A stretch of 41,292 bases of DNA from Sphaeroforma arctica JP610 (Eukaryota), in contig NW_014039750.1 in assembly GCF_001186125.1 (NCBI RefSeq), positions 1-41,292 on the forward strand, given 5' to 3'. Positions 25,470 through 37,358 of the stretch are shown piece by piece. A model generated the notes under the pieces. It saw only the letters and a program-made list of their open reading frames with translations. It did not search any database and was not told the origin of the DNA. Each line of letters opens with the position of its first letter. Position 1 is the first letter of the stretch. The translations under genes were made by a program, and so were the position numbers.

Positions 25470-27100
25470 AAATAGTCTCATTAGCATCAAGACATTGTCG
25501 TAAACGTTGTCGTATGTCATCTGGCTCGGGCAAGTCTGGGGCCATTCGAAAATTTATCGGTTCCAATAGTTCATTTATAACATTACGATTAATCTCCGGG
25601 AATGAAGATACTAATCCGGTTAAGCCTAATCCCAGCTCTCCCATAACACCTACACCCAGTATATATCAATGATATCCGGTAAGTCCATAAGCTCAAACGT
25701 ACAACCCTCAGTAGTAGCTGTCCCGTATTGGACCTTTGTTGCGCGTGTCTTACCCAAGCGTGGAGTCCGAAGAGCTTTGTCCGCCAAATAAATGTAGCTA
25801 TCATTAGCCGGTGGTGTGACGGATAACTGTTCCTTATCTGCGGATGCCTGAGTGGTGACTGAACAGTTTGCCCCCGGGCCAATTAGGGTACCCATGTCAT
25901 GGCCGTTCACTTGTAAAGTAACATATACACGGTTGTCGGCAGGAAATAATTTATCTTTTACTGCAAAACTTCTCGTTGCCGTACGACCCAATGATATGCA
26001 CATACTCACGTCAGGCACCCCAGCATTTTATTCCGAATCTGTTCCAACTTTCCAACCTTCTGGTGCTTGCTCTACTCATCGTTACTCAGCACATACGACT
26101 CGTAAACCACGTCATGAATATGCATCACTTCAGTCTCCCCCGTCTCAGCTGGTGGTTGATCATGCAATTGATCACCGTCCACTAAGTTAACGCGAGGCCG
26201 AAAATTGTTACCTGCCCCCTGTATCGCACGCGTCGATATGCCCGTTGCCGATGGACGTTGTGCAGTAGCCCCACCATGTTGTGCACGGCTACCCGTGTTG
26301 GTTTGGTAAACATGAACGTGATCGCGAGTTCCCCGGAATCTGTTGTGGGCGCGTGAACATTTCGTCAATGTTCACACGAAATACATCACGCATCTTTTCA
26401 GATGAGTATTCCCGCCAATGTGGATGCATACAAAGAATATCACGGTAGTACGCACCACCCGCAGCTTGAAGTATAAGGTTAAGCATCCCATGGTTGCAGT
26501 ATACCTGTAGAGGTGTGTTCTCATATTGTTACATTTTCATGAATTCTACTCTGCGTTCAAATTTACGAATCTGAGTATTAAGAGGTACTGTCGGTTTCAG
26601 CTTCATACACGCTAACACCTGTCTGTAAGTATTATCCATATCCTCCAAGTCCTGTTCTTGTGTGTGTATAATATAGACACTGGCTCTTCCCAATCAAATC
26701 TCTTGCTGTAGAGCTCGGTGTAGACCCAATTGCATATGAATCGCTTCTAGTTTGTGAAATCGCGTTGTATTCTAATGCCAGTCTAAGATATATGCATGCA
26801 ATTTTATCTTCTGCGGGTTACACAAATAATAGCTGCATTGTAGATTAGGCGGCCATTCCTTCAGCGTTCGTTTGTCAACCGTCACTGAGCATGTTTTAAG
26901 AGTCTCATTAAGTGCACGTATTAAACCCTGTATTGCGTGTGCATCTTCTATGTGTCCCTCTGCTTCTGCGTGCATCATTCGTTGAGTCAGTTAAAAAACT
27001 TGCATCTTCATCTCTGCTGCTGTAGATGCAGTGATGCTAGGCTCTGTCGGTTCTGATAGCTTCAGCGTTTCATCGCCTATGGGTCTTCTAGGTAGCGATC
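25470..27100 (-). pseudogene. Degenerate Gypsy gag/protease remnant (element F)
   Basis: VYVTLQVNGHDMGTLIGPGANCSV..IYLADK protease (25650-26018) and GELGLGLTGL, resembling the PR region of elements A and B; upstream broken gag-like ORFs. Confidence 0.7.
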
Positions 27101-27167
27101 GTGATGAATAGGAAAGTGTTTGCGATAAGCAAGTGTATCGATAATTAAATCTGCATTCTCCTGGTGA

Positions 27168-28035
27168 TGTAAAATCAGCGGGTTCATATAGTAGAAGCAC
27201 GTGTTAAACGTATACTATAAACGTACGAACGTTTAAACACAATACGGTTATAAAACCTGGTATTTATACGTTGAAACGCAATAGTAGATATTTGTAACTG
27301 CAAAATAATCAAAAAATCTAGTTTACTTATATTGAAATGCAGAAAACAAACAAGCACAGCAAACAAATAATCTATTTTCATATATTTGGAAATATAATTG
27401 TCTACAACAGAGGTCGGAGACCCTGTTGATAATGATATGGTGGCTTTTCTATAATGATATGTTTTCCACCAGAATATAGGATATAATAATTGGGAGAGTC
27501 TCAGGCGAAATTGACACTTGATGACACATGTTATATTTCCGAATGCTCTCAGCGCGAGATAACCCACTGAGAAATGGGGCATGAAAATGATCCCCCTAGC
27601 CAGCTGACTATATGTGCCCGTCAATGCCTTCAATGGAATTGAGAGCTAGGTACCATGTGATGGGGTGCACAAACATGGTGTTTTGATTTATTTTGATTTT
27701 TCTTAAGTTGAACTCAAAGAGATATTTTATTAGGGGGTTCTATTGGAGATTTTTTTTCAAAGCATGAAATGATAAGGGAATAAAATATCATGCATAGAAT
27801 GGAATATAATCTGATCTTAGTTACTGACATCAAATAAATCTAGACCGAAGTAGTGAGTGATTAGAGCGGAGCAATATAGACAACAGTCTCGGACTTAAAT
27901 TTCCTAATCTTCAGCTCATTACAAAGGGCTGAAGCTAAACTTAAATTACATTGTGGAAATTAACTTCTAAATCGGGTTTTTTATTGCGTTAACCTATTAG
28001 TATCGATACTCAGCCTGGTTAGCCCGACTTTTACA
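27168..28035 (+). repeat. Solo LTR related to the element A LTR family
   Basis: TGTAAAATCAGCGGGTTC...CCGACTTTTACA; shares blocks such as CTAGACCGAAGTAGTGAGTGATTAGAGCGGAGCA with the A LTRs. Confidence 0.85.
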
Positions 28036-28681
28036 CGATCGTGATGAACACGAAACTGTTTACGATAGGCAAGTGTATCAATAGTTAATTTTTTATTATC
28101 CTGGTGATTCTCCTTCCCCTCTACTAGTGAGCACGGGCGACGGTGATGTTGCAGCTTGTCACGATATAAATTCGTTGCTACTTTTCCTTGATCTAGTTGT
28201 CACCGTGGAGATTCAAAGGAAATGTTTACCGACGACGACAAACTCTGGGGAGTGTCTATCTCCAAGTACAAATCCGCTGGTTCCAAAGAAACAAAAAAAA
28301 TCCTATCACGAGATTTCACCACAGTTGCCAAGTCCTGAGTACGACTCAAATCACCAAAGTTGGTCGGCAACTCCTCAGGTGTCTTTCTCGCTCTCTACAA
28401 GTAATTTACATATCATCGTAAGGTGCCACTTGAGGGATCAGTTTTGTAGAAATACGGCCTCCGGTCAGTCTAAAATATCAAGATCAAATGAGATAACACA
28501 TTGGTTTCTATTTGTATTTAAAATAATTTAATACGAGTTCTTTTTCCAACATTTTCAAAGTGTTCCAAATTCACTTTGATGGCTCCAATAGCCTGAGAAT
28601 TTGGTACGACTCATTTACTTGGACATATTTGAGACGATAGTAGATGTAGGATATTATAAACTAAATTTTATAATCTCTGAA

Positions 28682-29281
28682 TGTAAACTTCGATGGATAT
28701 TTCTATGTTTTAAACTATGTTACATAAACTAAGATACAATTTTAGTCAGTTAGGATTTAGCAGTGGTAGCTTGTGTAAGAATGATCGGGACTGCCTCTTG
28801 GTAAGAGCCTTAATATCCTCGATCACACAGGACGTACCTCTAGCTGTTCTTTATTGAATAATTTTTACTAGAAGTACTAAGTGTTCATGATAACATGTCT
28901 AATTTGTAAATAGACATAAGAACGGAAGTCAAGTTGATACATTAGCTAATATAAATAAAGTTCCATCAGAAGAAAAGTTAAAAAAAAGAAACAGACTTAT
29001 TGGATTTTGGAGATTGGCGGGAAGACCAAAACCTGTAAGTAGTAGTTCAGAGAGTATAAAATTTGTTTTATAATATCCTACATCTACTATCGTCTCAAAT
29101 AGGTCCAAATATCTGAGTCACACCAAATACTCGGGCTATTGGAGCCATCAAAGTGAATTTAGAATACTTTGGAAATATTGGAAAAATAACTTGTATTAAA
29201 TTTTTTTAAATACAATAAAAACCAATGTGTTATCCCTTTTGATCTTGATATTTTAAACTGACCGGAGGCCGTATTTCTACA
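28682..29281 (-). repeat. Solo LTR family C, inner inverted copy (600 bp)
   Basis: TGTAAACTTCG...GTATTTCTACA flanked by TGAA on both sides (28678-28681, 29282-29285). Confidence 0.85.
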
Positions 29282-29573
29282 TGAACTACTACTTACAGGT
29301 TTTNNNNNNNNNNNNNNNNNNNNAAATACTCGGGCTATTGGAGCCATCAAAGTGAATTTAGAATACTTTGGAAATATTGGAAAAATAACTTGTATTAAAT
29401 TTTTTTAAATACAATAAAAACCAATGTGTTATCCCTTTTGATCTTGATATTTTAAACTGACCGGAGGCCGTATTTCTACATGAACTACTACTTACAGGTT
29501 TTGGTCTTCCCGCCAATCTCCAAAATCCAAAAAGTTATTGTCTTTTTTAAACTTTTCTTCAGATGGAACTATA

Positions 29574-30468
29574 TGTAAAAATAGCGGGTTCCTAATAGTA
29601 GTTGCACAGTAAACGTATAAAATAAACGTACAAACGTATTAGCGTTTATTCTTATAATACTGGAATACGTTTAGCGTATATAGTACATGAACAAGGATTG
29701 AGATATTCAAGATTCTGAACAAGTGATAGTATTCAGTAGAGTATGGGACTCTACTGTGGACAATTAGGTAGTTTTCTAAATATAGATTGGTTTTTTTCCA
29801 CTGAAATTAGAATTGTACATAATATAGGAATAATACAAATTTGACACCTGAAAATGACACTTTGGGAATCTCTAATTAACGGAAGTACCATGAGAGAGAG
29901 TCTCAGGCGTGAAATGGTTGTTGGTACAAGCCTATGGTATAATTCGATAATAATCTCAGAGCAAGATAATCCACTGAGAAAAGGACAGGATCAGAGTTGT
30001 TAGAATTTAGGACAACCTGGTTTTGATTCCTCCTAGCCAGCCAACTAGATGTGCCCGTCTATGCCTTAAATGGGATGGGGTATAGGTGCAGATATATACT
30101 GCGCCAGCTTGGTGTTTTGATTTTATTTTTTATTTTTCTTAAGTTGGACTTAGATATATTTTATTGGTTATTTTGAGTAGATAATTGTTTCGAGGCGTGA
30201 AATGTAAAATATGCGTCCAATGAAATGATATCTAGTCTTAGTAACTAAAGCATAAATAAATCTAGACCGAAGTAGTGAGTGATTAGAGCGGAGCATATAG
30301 ACAATAGTCTCAGTCCAAAATCCCCTAATCTTTTGCTCACTACCAAGGGCTGAAGCTAAACTTATTTTTAACATTTTGCATTTCAGCGTTTTAACGTATT
30401 GTCTTATTAACGTAAACGTATTGGTATCGTATAGCGTATAGTCAGCCTAGAGGAGACCGACTTTTACA
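29574..30468 (+). repeat. 5' LTR of element A
   Basis: TG..CA termini; colinear with 37359-38261 apart from substitutions, small indels and a 22-bp deletion between GATGGGG microhomologies near 30080. Confidence 0.95.
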
Positions 30469-30500
30469 TATTTTTAAGTTTATAATACGCTATCGATATT

Positions 30501-33043
30501 ATGACGAAAGGAAACAATAAGGCAGCGAAGTAGCTAAGGCTGCAAAAGTAAATTGGTTTACTGGAGGCGATGAAAAGAGAAAACACCCCCGGCATCGTCA
30601 GTGGACTCTGACGTAACTGAGATCACACCGAGACAACCAGTACCAACTCTGACTAAACAAAAACGTAAGAAGTTGACCGACTCGGGTATAGGTGCATCCG
30701 GAGGTAATGGGACTACGGAGCGACAGTAGCCACCTGCGAAGAAGGCGAGATCTCGAAAGGGAAAAGCAGAGAAAACGCATTCCTCGGACAACTCAACTTC
30801 AGAGGAAGTCCGACATGTACTTGAATCAGATGTACCATCTCCACCGGTGGATACGCGCAAACCACGTAGGCGAGATCCTTCTTATCACATGATAGCAAGG
30901 GATAGGAGAGCCTTCCTGAAGGACTACCAACCAATGGTACATGATTTGAGACCTACCAAGCAGCGGAGAAAAAAGCAAGCCGCAGCGAAGGATCAAAGTT
31001 AGGATGAATCAGAGGAGAGTCAACGAGAGTTGATCCGACAGCGGGCCAACAGGGCATGGTTGTTTCGAAATACGTATGGAACGTTCTTTCCGGACGTATT
31101 GAAGACCAAACCAGATGGTACCATCTCACCGAGGTATGTTATGAATGCAGCGGTAAGAAAGTTTGGGTACGATTTGTTTAGGGATAATAAATATTACAAT
31201 CGGCTAAAATTAATGAAAACTGACGACGGTAAGCAAGCACGCAAACTTTAGTTTCAAAAGATACTGCCGGAGGTATTCGGAACTAGGGGAGATGGAAGTT
31301 TTGCATACTTAATTTGGTACGCAATTCGGGATCTTCTAGTAGATCTTCTTGACTTGATATCAAACCATTTGGCACTTTATCAAGGCATATTGGCGTTCGA
31401 GATGTTGTCAGACAATGGAGAGGCCAGCAGAATCAGATCTTCATCACCCGAAACTCAAACCTCTCCTGGATTGGACACAACAGCAATGTCGCGAATGGCA
31501 TCTGAATAGGAGCCTAATCCAAATCTATTACCGGAAGGAAATCCACAGAGTGCCCCAGAGGTACTTCAGAAGGACAAACCGACCGAAGAGCCTAAACCTG
31601 ATCAGGTGAAAGCTAGAAAATTCTTTTCGTCATCGGAAGACAGTTCGCCCCCAGCGGCTATCCCAACGACGACAAAAGGTGCTGTCCCATCCGAAGCGTT
31701 CATTAACATTGAACAGATCGATGGATCAAAGGATGAGGCAGATAACTGACTGCATGGTCAAATGCAATCAGAAAAGAAGGGATCAGATCACTCTAGTAGT
31801 GATATGAAAATTGCTGAATTCACTGTTCAAATGAACAAGGCCGAGGCAGCTTCACTCGAGGCGATGGATCTAGGTAGGATTGATGCCGCTAGTCTTTATA
31901 TGACAATGGCTACGCATCTCCAGACTAAGATTGATTCAGAACTAAGAGTGTTTCAGACCGAGAAGGCTGTGGAAGGCAAGAAGTTTGTAAAGGACATAGG
32001 TAAACTACCAATGACATACAGATCTGATCGAAAAGACCGAAAGGATCCAATCGATACTAGCAGTCTGGCGTTGTTATCTAGGTCTTGGAAAGAGTTTGGA
32101 CAGATTATGCTTACAGCCAATCTACGGAAGAACCTATGGTTCGAAGCAGCGCAGCAGAGCTTTAAGCCGTCCTTACAAGTATAACAAGTTAGAGAAGGCG
32201 AAACAAGCGATCACTAAGCTGAAAAAGTGGAAAGAGCAGAGTGAGATGATCGTCCACTTATTTTCGACGGACCCTCGACCGGAATTGCTTGTATCGGTCA
32301 TGATACCACCGGAAGAAGGGACGCCGGTGTCCCACTACTTATCAGAGTTGGACACACACATGTCACGGGCTCAAACTCAGGAGATGTCACCTGATAAGCT
32401 ATCCATGTGTGTACTATGGGTACAGACAATCTTTTGGTCAAACCTACATAGGAGAGATCAAGAGATTCTGTACGCCGATATGCATCAATCTTACCCGGAC
32501 AAGATACGAGAGATCTCCATCGAGAGACCTACCTACGGTATAATGAAGCTAGCGGACTTAACCTGGGCTGAATTTTACTCGAGAGCGGATCAGACGTTTA
32601 CCAAACGTCCTAGTTCCGTGGTCAAAGTCACTAATGCTCAGAAGAAGGTCAGCAGCAATCTTACCGGAGGTTCAGGCAATGGTCGAGACTCTCAATTTAC
32701 TAATGGAGGTCAAAAGGTACACAAAGGGGGTGACAAGGGTGGCAATAAGAACAAAAATACAAATAGTTCTGACGGCAACAAGATCAATGTCATCCCTAAG
32801 GGTAACCAGACCTACAGAAATGGACCGCCGGTAGGCAACCCTAAGCCCAGGCATAGGGAGATCAAGAACTGTAGTGAGTCTGATTGCAATTGGCGAATGA
32901 CCCAACATGAGCCGAATGGCAGATGGAATGGAAGGCACGCAGAAAAGTGTAAGCACTTTATCGAGAAGTGTGCCGACTGTACCGGGACTGGAGGTTACCA
33001 CAAGCATACATGCAAGGTGAAACCAAAAGTTGAAGTCAAGTGA
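30501..33043 (+). pseudogene. gag: gag-like ORF1 of element A (fragmented; longest pieces 31762-32184 and 32096-33043)
   Basis: Lies between the 5' LTR and the protease; C-terminal Cys/His cluster including the knuckle-like CADCTGTGGYHKHTC; upstream part broken by stops and frameshifts, so the start is approximate. Confidence 0.7.
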
Positions 33044-36000
33044 CAGACATACCGGGTCTTGTCACTAAGACAAAAGGACGCACCTCAAGACGAGCGTGTA
33101 ATCCTTGGCATACGAGTTAACGGACATGAAATAAAAGCGTTGTTAGATCCGGGCTCGCAAATTTCATGTATATCCTCGTGATTCTGTAAAATGACAGACG
33201 TAACTCGTAAGTCAGAGCCAACTATGTTGAAACTAGCTGATGAAAGAGAAATCACTTGCAGAGAAATGGTAATCGATCTTAGGTTTACATTGACAGACCA
33301 ACGTACTACAGTTACTAAGGCAGTCATATGCAACACTTCACCAGACTATGATAACACAGTAGGTATGGGTGATTTATTGTCATTAGGTATCACAAATACA
33401 GGCTTACCTACTAACATTGAACCACAGAAGGATCAGTCGGACGACAATTTGTTGAAACCGGTATATAAACCTTCGAAGACTGTGAAGGAGATGATACCTC
33501 GCTTTACAGAGAAACTCAAGGACTTAATTTTCGAGAATGACAAGATTCGGATCACGGACTGGGCTAAGTTCAAATTCAATAACGGATACGTTAGTCTAGA
33601 CCTGACGAGAGTCGATTTCTCGAAGCTGAAGTATCCTACACGTAACTATGTTGCATGGCGTCATGAGCAGGTCGTACGAGAACAGGTTAAAGCCTGGTTA
33701 GATGATGGAGTGATCGCAGTCAACTATGAGCCGACTACTGTCAACCTAGCGCTTTTAGCCGTTGACCAATTCAACTCTGACGGGACACTGAAGAAAGTTC
33801 GGGTGTGTTTGGATATGAGCCCAATTAACGCTTTGATACCGACACACAATTTTCACTTACCAAGGATAAACGAACTACTCAGGCGCATAGAGGGAGTTAA
33901 GATATTCTCCACTATCGACCTGAAGCAGGGCTACCACCAGATGAAGATCTACAAACCACATCGGAAGTATTTCACCTTTACCTGGGAGGGTCAGCAGTAT
34001 TCGTTCAAGGGTGCCCCCTTTGGGTTACACATGTTACCTGCGTTTTTCCAACAAACTATGCAAGATTTGTGAAAGGACACGGACAATGTACAAGTATACA
34101 TTGATGACATTGTGGTATTCACCAAAACCAAAGAGGAGCACGACAAGGTTGTGCGCGAAGTCCTAGACAGACTCAACAAACACAACTTTAAAGTCAACAG
34201 TAAGAAATGTCACTTCGGTGTTAACGAGATTCAGCTGTTGGGTTACCGAGTATCCGGGGATGGAATCATGATCGATCCCGGGAAGGTCGAACACTTGCTA
34301 GACTGGAGAACCCCTACCATGGGTAAGGATGTCAACAGCATGTGCGGATTCGGCAACTTTTTGTCTGACGGAGTACCACACCTGGCAAGCTATTTAAAGC
34401 CCTTTGGACATTTGAGATGGCATAAAGGCAAACTAGGCGCACTGTGGACCAAAGACTGTGATGACGCATTTAAGCAGCTCAAATTAGTGGTTCAACAGGC
34501 ACCGGTAGTCCAGCCACCAAAGGATGGTATTCCATTCATGGTAACAACAGACGCATCCGACATGGCACTCGGCGGCGTGCTGTATCAAATGATTGATGGG
34601 AAACCGAGATATGTACAGTTCTTTAGCAGAGCTATGAATTCGTCTCAGATCAATTACCCAACCGTGCAACAAGAGCTTTTGGCTATTGATACTGCACTCA
34701 CTCATTTTAAGGATTATCTATATGGCACACACTTTAATGTGCTATGTGATCAAAAGTCATTGCAACACCTAAAGGACATGAAACCTAACTCACAGTTAGT
34801 CAGTCGGTGGCATGACACGATCGCAAAAAAAAATCCTTTCAGCATAACACACATACCGGGTATTCACAATCACTTACCCGACATATTGTCTCGCTTCGTA
34901 CTAGACTTTAATAAGATGATTAGGGAGTTACTAGCTACGGATTGGATGGTCAATCCTAGGTGGTTTAAGATCGCTGACAACATACATGGACCACATACCA
35001 TAGATATGTTTGCCGCTCATCATAATGCACAACGGCCGAGGTACCGGACACTGGAACATCCGAAAGGAGATGGATTCCAGATTGACCTGTCTCTCGAGAA
35101 TGCCTGGGCAAATCCTCCATGGTTATTAATACCACAGTTGTTAAATTTTGTACATATTCAAGATGCTACCATCACGTTGTGTTGTCCCCTAAGACACTCA
35201 GAAAAATGGCTACCACAGTTGATCTCAATGATACAATGTGAGCCGATCTATGTGGATAGAAAGGTAGATACTTTTTTCTACCAGGGTACCCGTGCAGTCC
35301 AGAAGACGCCTTGGCGACATACTATTATATGTCGAATAGGCCCAGTTGGACCAACCAAGTGGACACCATCCGAGACTTTCAAACAGAAGGTTGAAGAATC
35401 CAAAATTCGACTCTTGAATCCTAAGTCTCAATCAGAGACTGGGACAACACAAGCACCTGCAGTATGTGTTACCGAGATACAGCCAAATTCAAAGGAGTCA
35501 AAGAGGAACGCATCACTAGTGAAAGCCTTCGGGAAACTGCATACCAAGCAGAAACTCGATTGCTTAAGCAATTGATGAAAGACTTTCCCGAGGTATATAA
35601 TCATGTGACCCAACTAATAGATAGATCAAACATTAGTCGGATTCACGATGTAGAAGCTTTAGGTGAGATTGGACAAGACGAGTCTTCGAGTTCAGGTGAT
35701 GACGCAGTGGAATCCTCACCTCCTGATTTCAATGTAACAAGTAGATCACAGGAGGCGATTCTGAAGTGGTTAAGACAAAATCATGCTCTTAAGCACATGG
35801 ATAAGGTTAGAACTGAAAAAGATTGCAAGAGGTACAGAATCGTACACCCGAACCTCAAGCAATATATATCTCAGGTGTATCACGAATGCAACAACTGCGA
35901 AGTTAACCAGATCAAGCGCTACGGATACGCACCTTTACGCAGCGTATCAGAAAACGAGCCGTGGCGCCGGGTTATCATTGATTTGGTTGAGCTACCCACG

Positions 36001-36990
36001 TCCGAACACACGAAGGATAAATATGTCTGTCACGTGTGTGATGTCGCATCAAGATATAATGTACTATATCCGCTGAAAGATTAATCGACACAAACTGTGG
36101 CTGAGTGCATATATAAGTGCTTCGCAGATTTCGGCTGGCCAGCTAATGTATGTTCCGGCAACGGTAGTGAGTTTACAGGAGATGTCATGACGACACTGTT
36201 ACTCGTTGCGGGATCATGCCATAAGATGGGTGTACCTTACAAGCCTCAGACACAATGTGCGAACGAGATACGACACAGAAAGATGGAGGAGTTCATGCGA
36301 GCAGCACTCCTTGATGAGGTTGACATGCAGCCGTACTCAATCAACTGGGTACAGACACAGATGAACGAATCCCATGATTCAGTCACTGGTACAACACCCG
36401 CTCACTATTTCCGGGGTCGTTATAGTGAATTACAGATCCCCTTCAACAAGGAGTCTCAAGATGATCATGTGTTACCATGTTTAGAGAAGATGCGTCGGAC
36501 CAGAGATGTGGTCTATCCTTGATTAAGGGATATGAAGGACATCGCTCTCAAGAAGAGACAAAAGCGATGGAATGATACCAAGAAAATAGTCGAGTTAGAG
36601 GTAGGCGATATAGTCAACATTATGGCTCGCAACTCCAATACAACTGTGCTTACGGCTAAATATATTGGACCATTTATGATCTCTGTGGTCGATAAGAAAA
36701 GCGGAACGTATGAAGTTAACAACGTTGACGGCTCTAATGCCTTAAATATCGGACCACATCGAATCCCTACGACAGAAATCATCCTTCGTCGCACACGTGA
36801 AGCTACTACACTTCTTATGTCTTACGAGTTAAAAAAGATTCTAGGAAAGTACAAACATGAGGATATGACATATTATACTACGGAGTTCGCCGATGGAGCA
36901 CAGTATGATCTTCCACCATCAGCATTTGATGATCCGGATGTACTAAAGGCCTTTAATAAGAAGTTTCGCAAACGCTTACATAAAAAATAA
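33044..36990 (+). pseudogene. pol: pol of element A: aspartic protease, RT, RNase H, MTase-like domain, integrase, chromodomain-like tail
   Basis: PR ALLDPGSQ (~33140-33160); RT VRVCLDM, IDLKQGYHQ, APFGL, YIDD (~34096); RH TTDASD, QQELLAI, PDILSR; IN H..H..CNNC, IIDLVE, GNGSEF, NEIRH, YIGPF. In-frame stops at 33179, 34070, 36082, 36520 and a frameshift near 35464-35575. Confidence 0.95.
34940..35343 (+). CDS. DNA N6-adenine methyltransferase-like domain (phage Dam / DIRS1 MT type), in frame within pol (ORF 34112-35575)
   Basis: DWMVNPRWF..IADNIHGPHTIDMFAAHHNAQRPRY..DGFQIDLSLENAWANPPWLLIPQLL..TITLCCP..KWLPQL matches the DIRS1 MT pattern DW..F..GP..IDxFA..N..DAF..Y(A/N)xPP..LI..W; NPPW at 35111-35122. 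Confidence 0.85.
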
Positions 36991-37344
36991 GGCTGATGCA
37001 GAAGCAATCTTACCATCGAATAAGCGAACCGACGTGGTTTAGATCTATCCACAGATATCACACATTCCCAGCTTTAAACAGCATGGAATATATGTACCTC
37101 CAAAAGGCATTAAGAAACGTCCTATCCACCATCGGGGACCACAAGGAATAAAGCCCAAACGCAATAGAGTAACCGAGTAGCTTATAACGACTAATTATAC
37201 TTTGTCTACGAGAATATAACATAAGCATTGAGGCCGTTATATGATCGAAACCCGTTTCCTTTCTTTTCGCTTGTACAATTCATGTGAGCTTTTTGAGTCT
37301 ATGTGCTAATACCACATATAAGCCAACATCGGAATTTTCAAGCT

Positions 37345-37355
37345 GAAGGGGGGGG
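37345..37355 (+). other. Polypurine tract of element A
   Basis: GAAGGGGGGGG ending 3 nt before the 3' LTR TG. Confidence 0.85.
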
Positions 37356-37358
37356 CTA

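Noticed and set aside
29324..29502. Exact ~180-bp tandem duplication of 29125-29303
   Set aside because: Identical copies on either side of a 20-N gap indicate an unmerged contig overlap, not biology.
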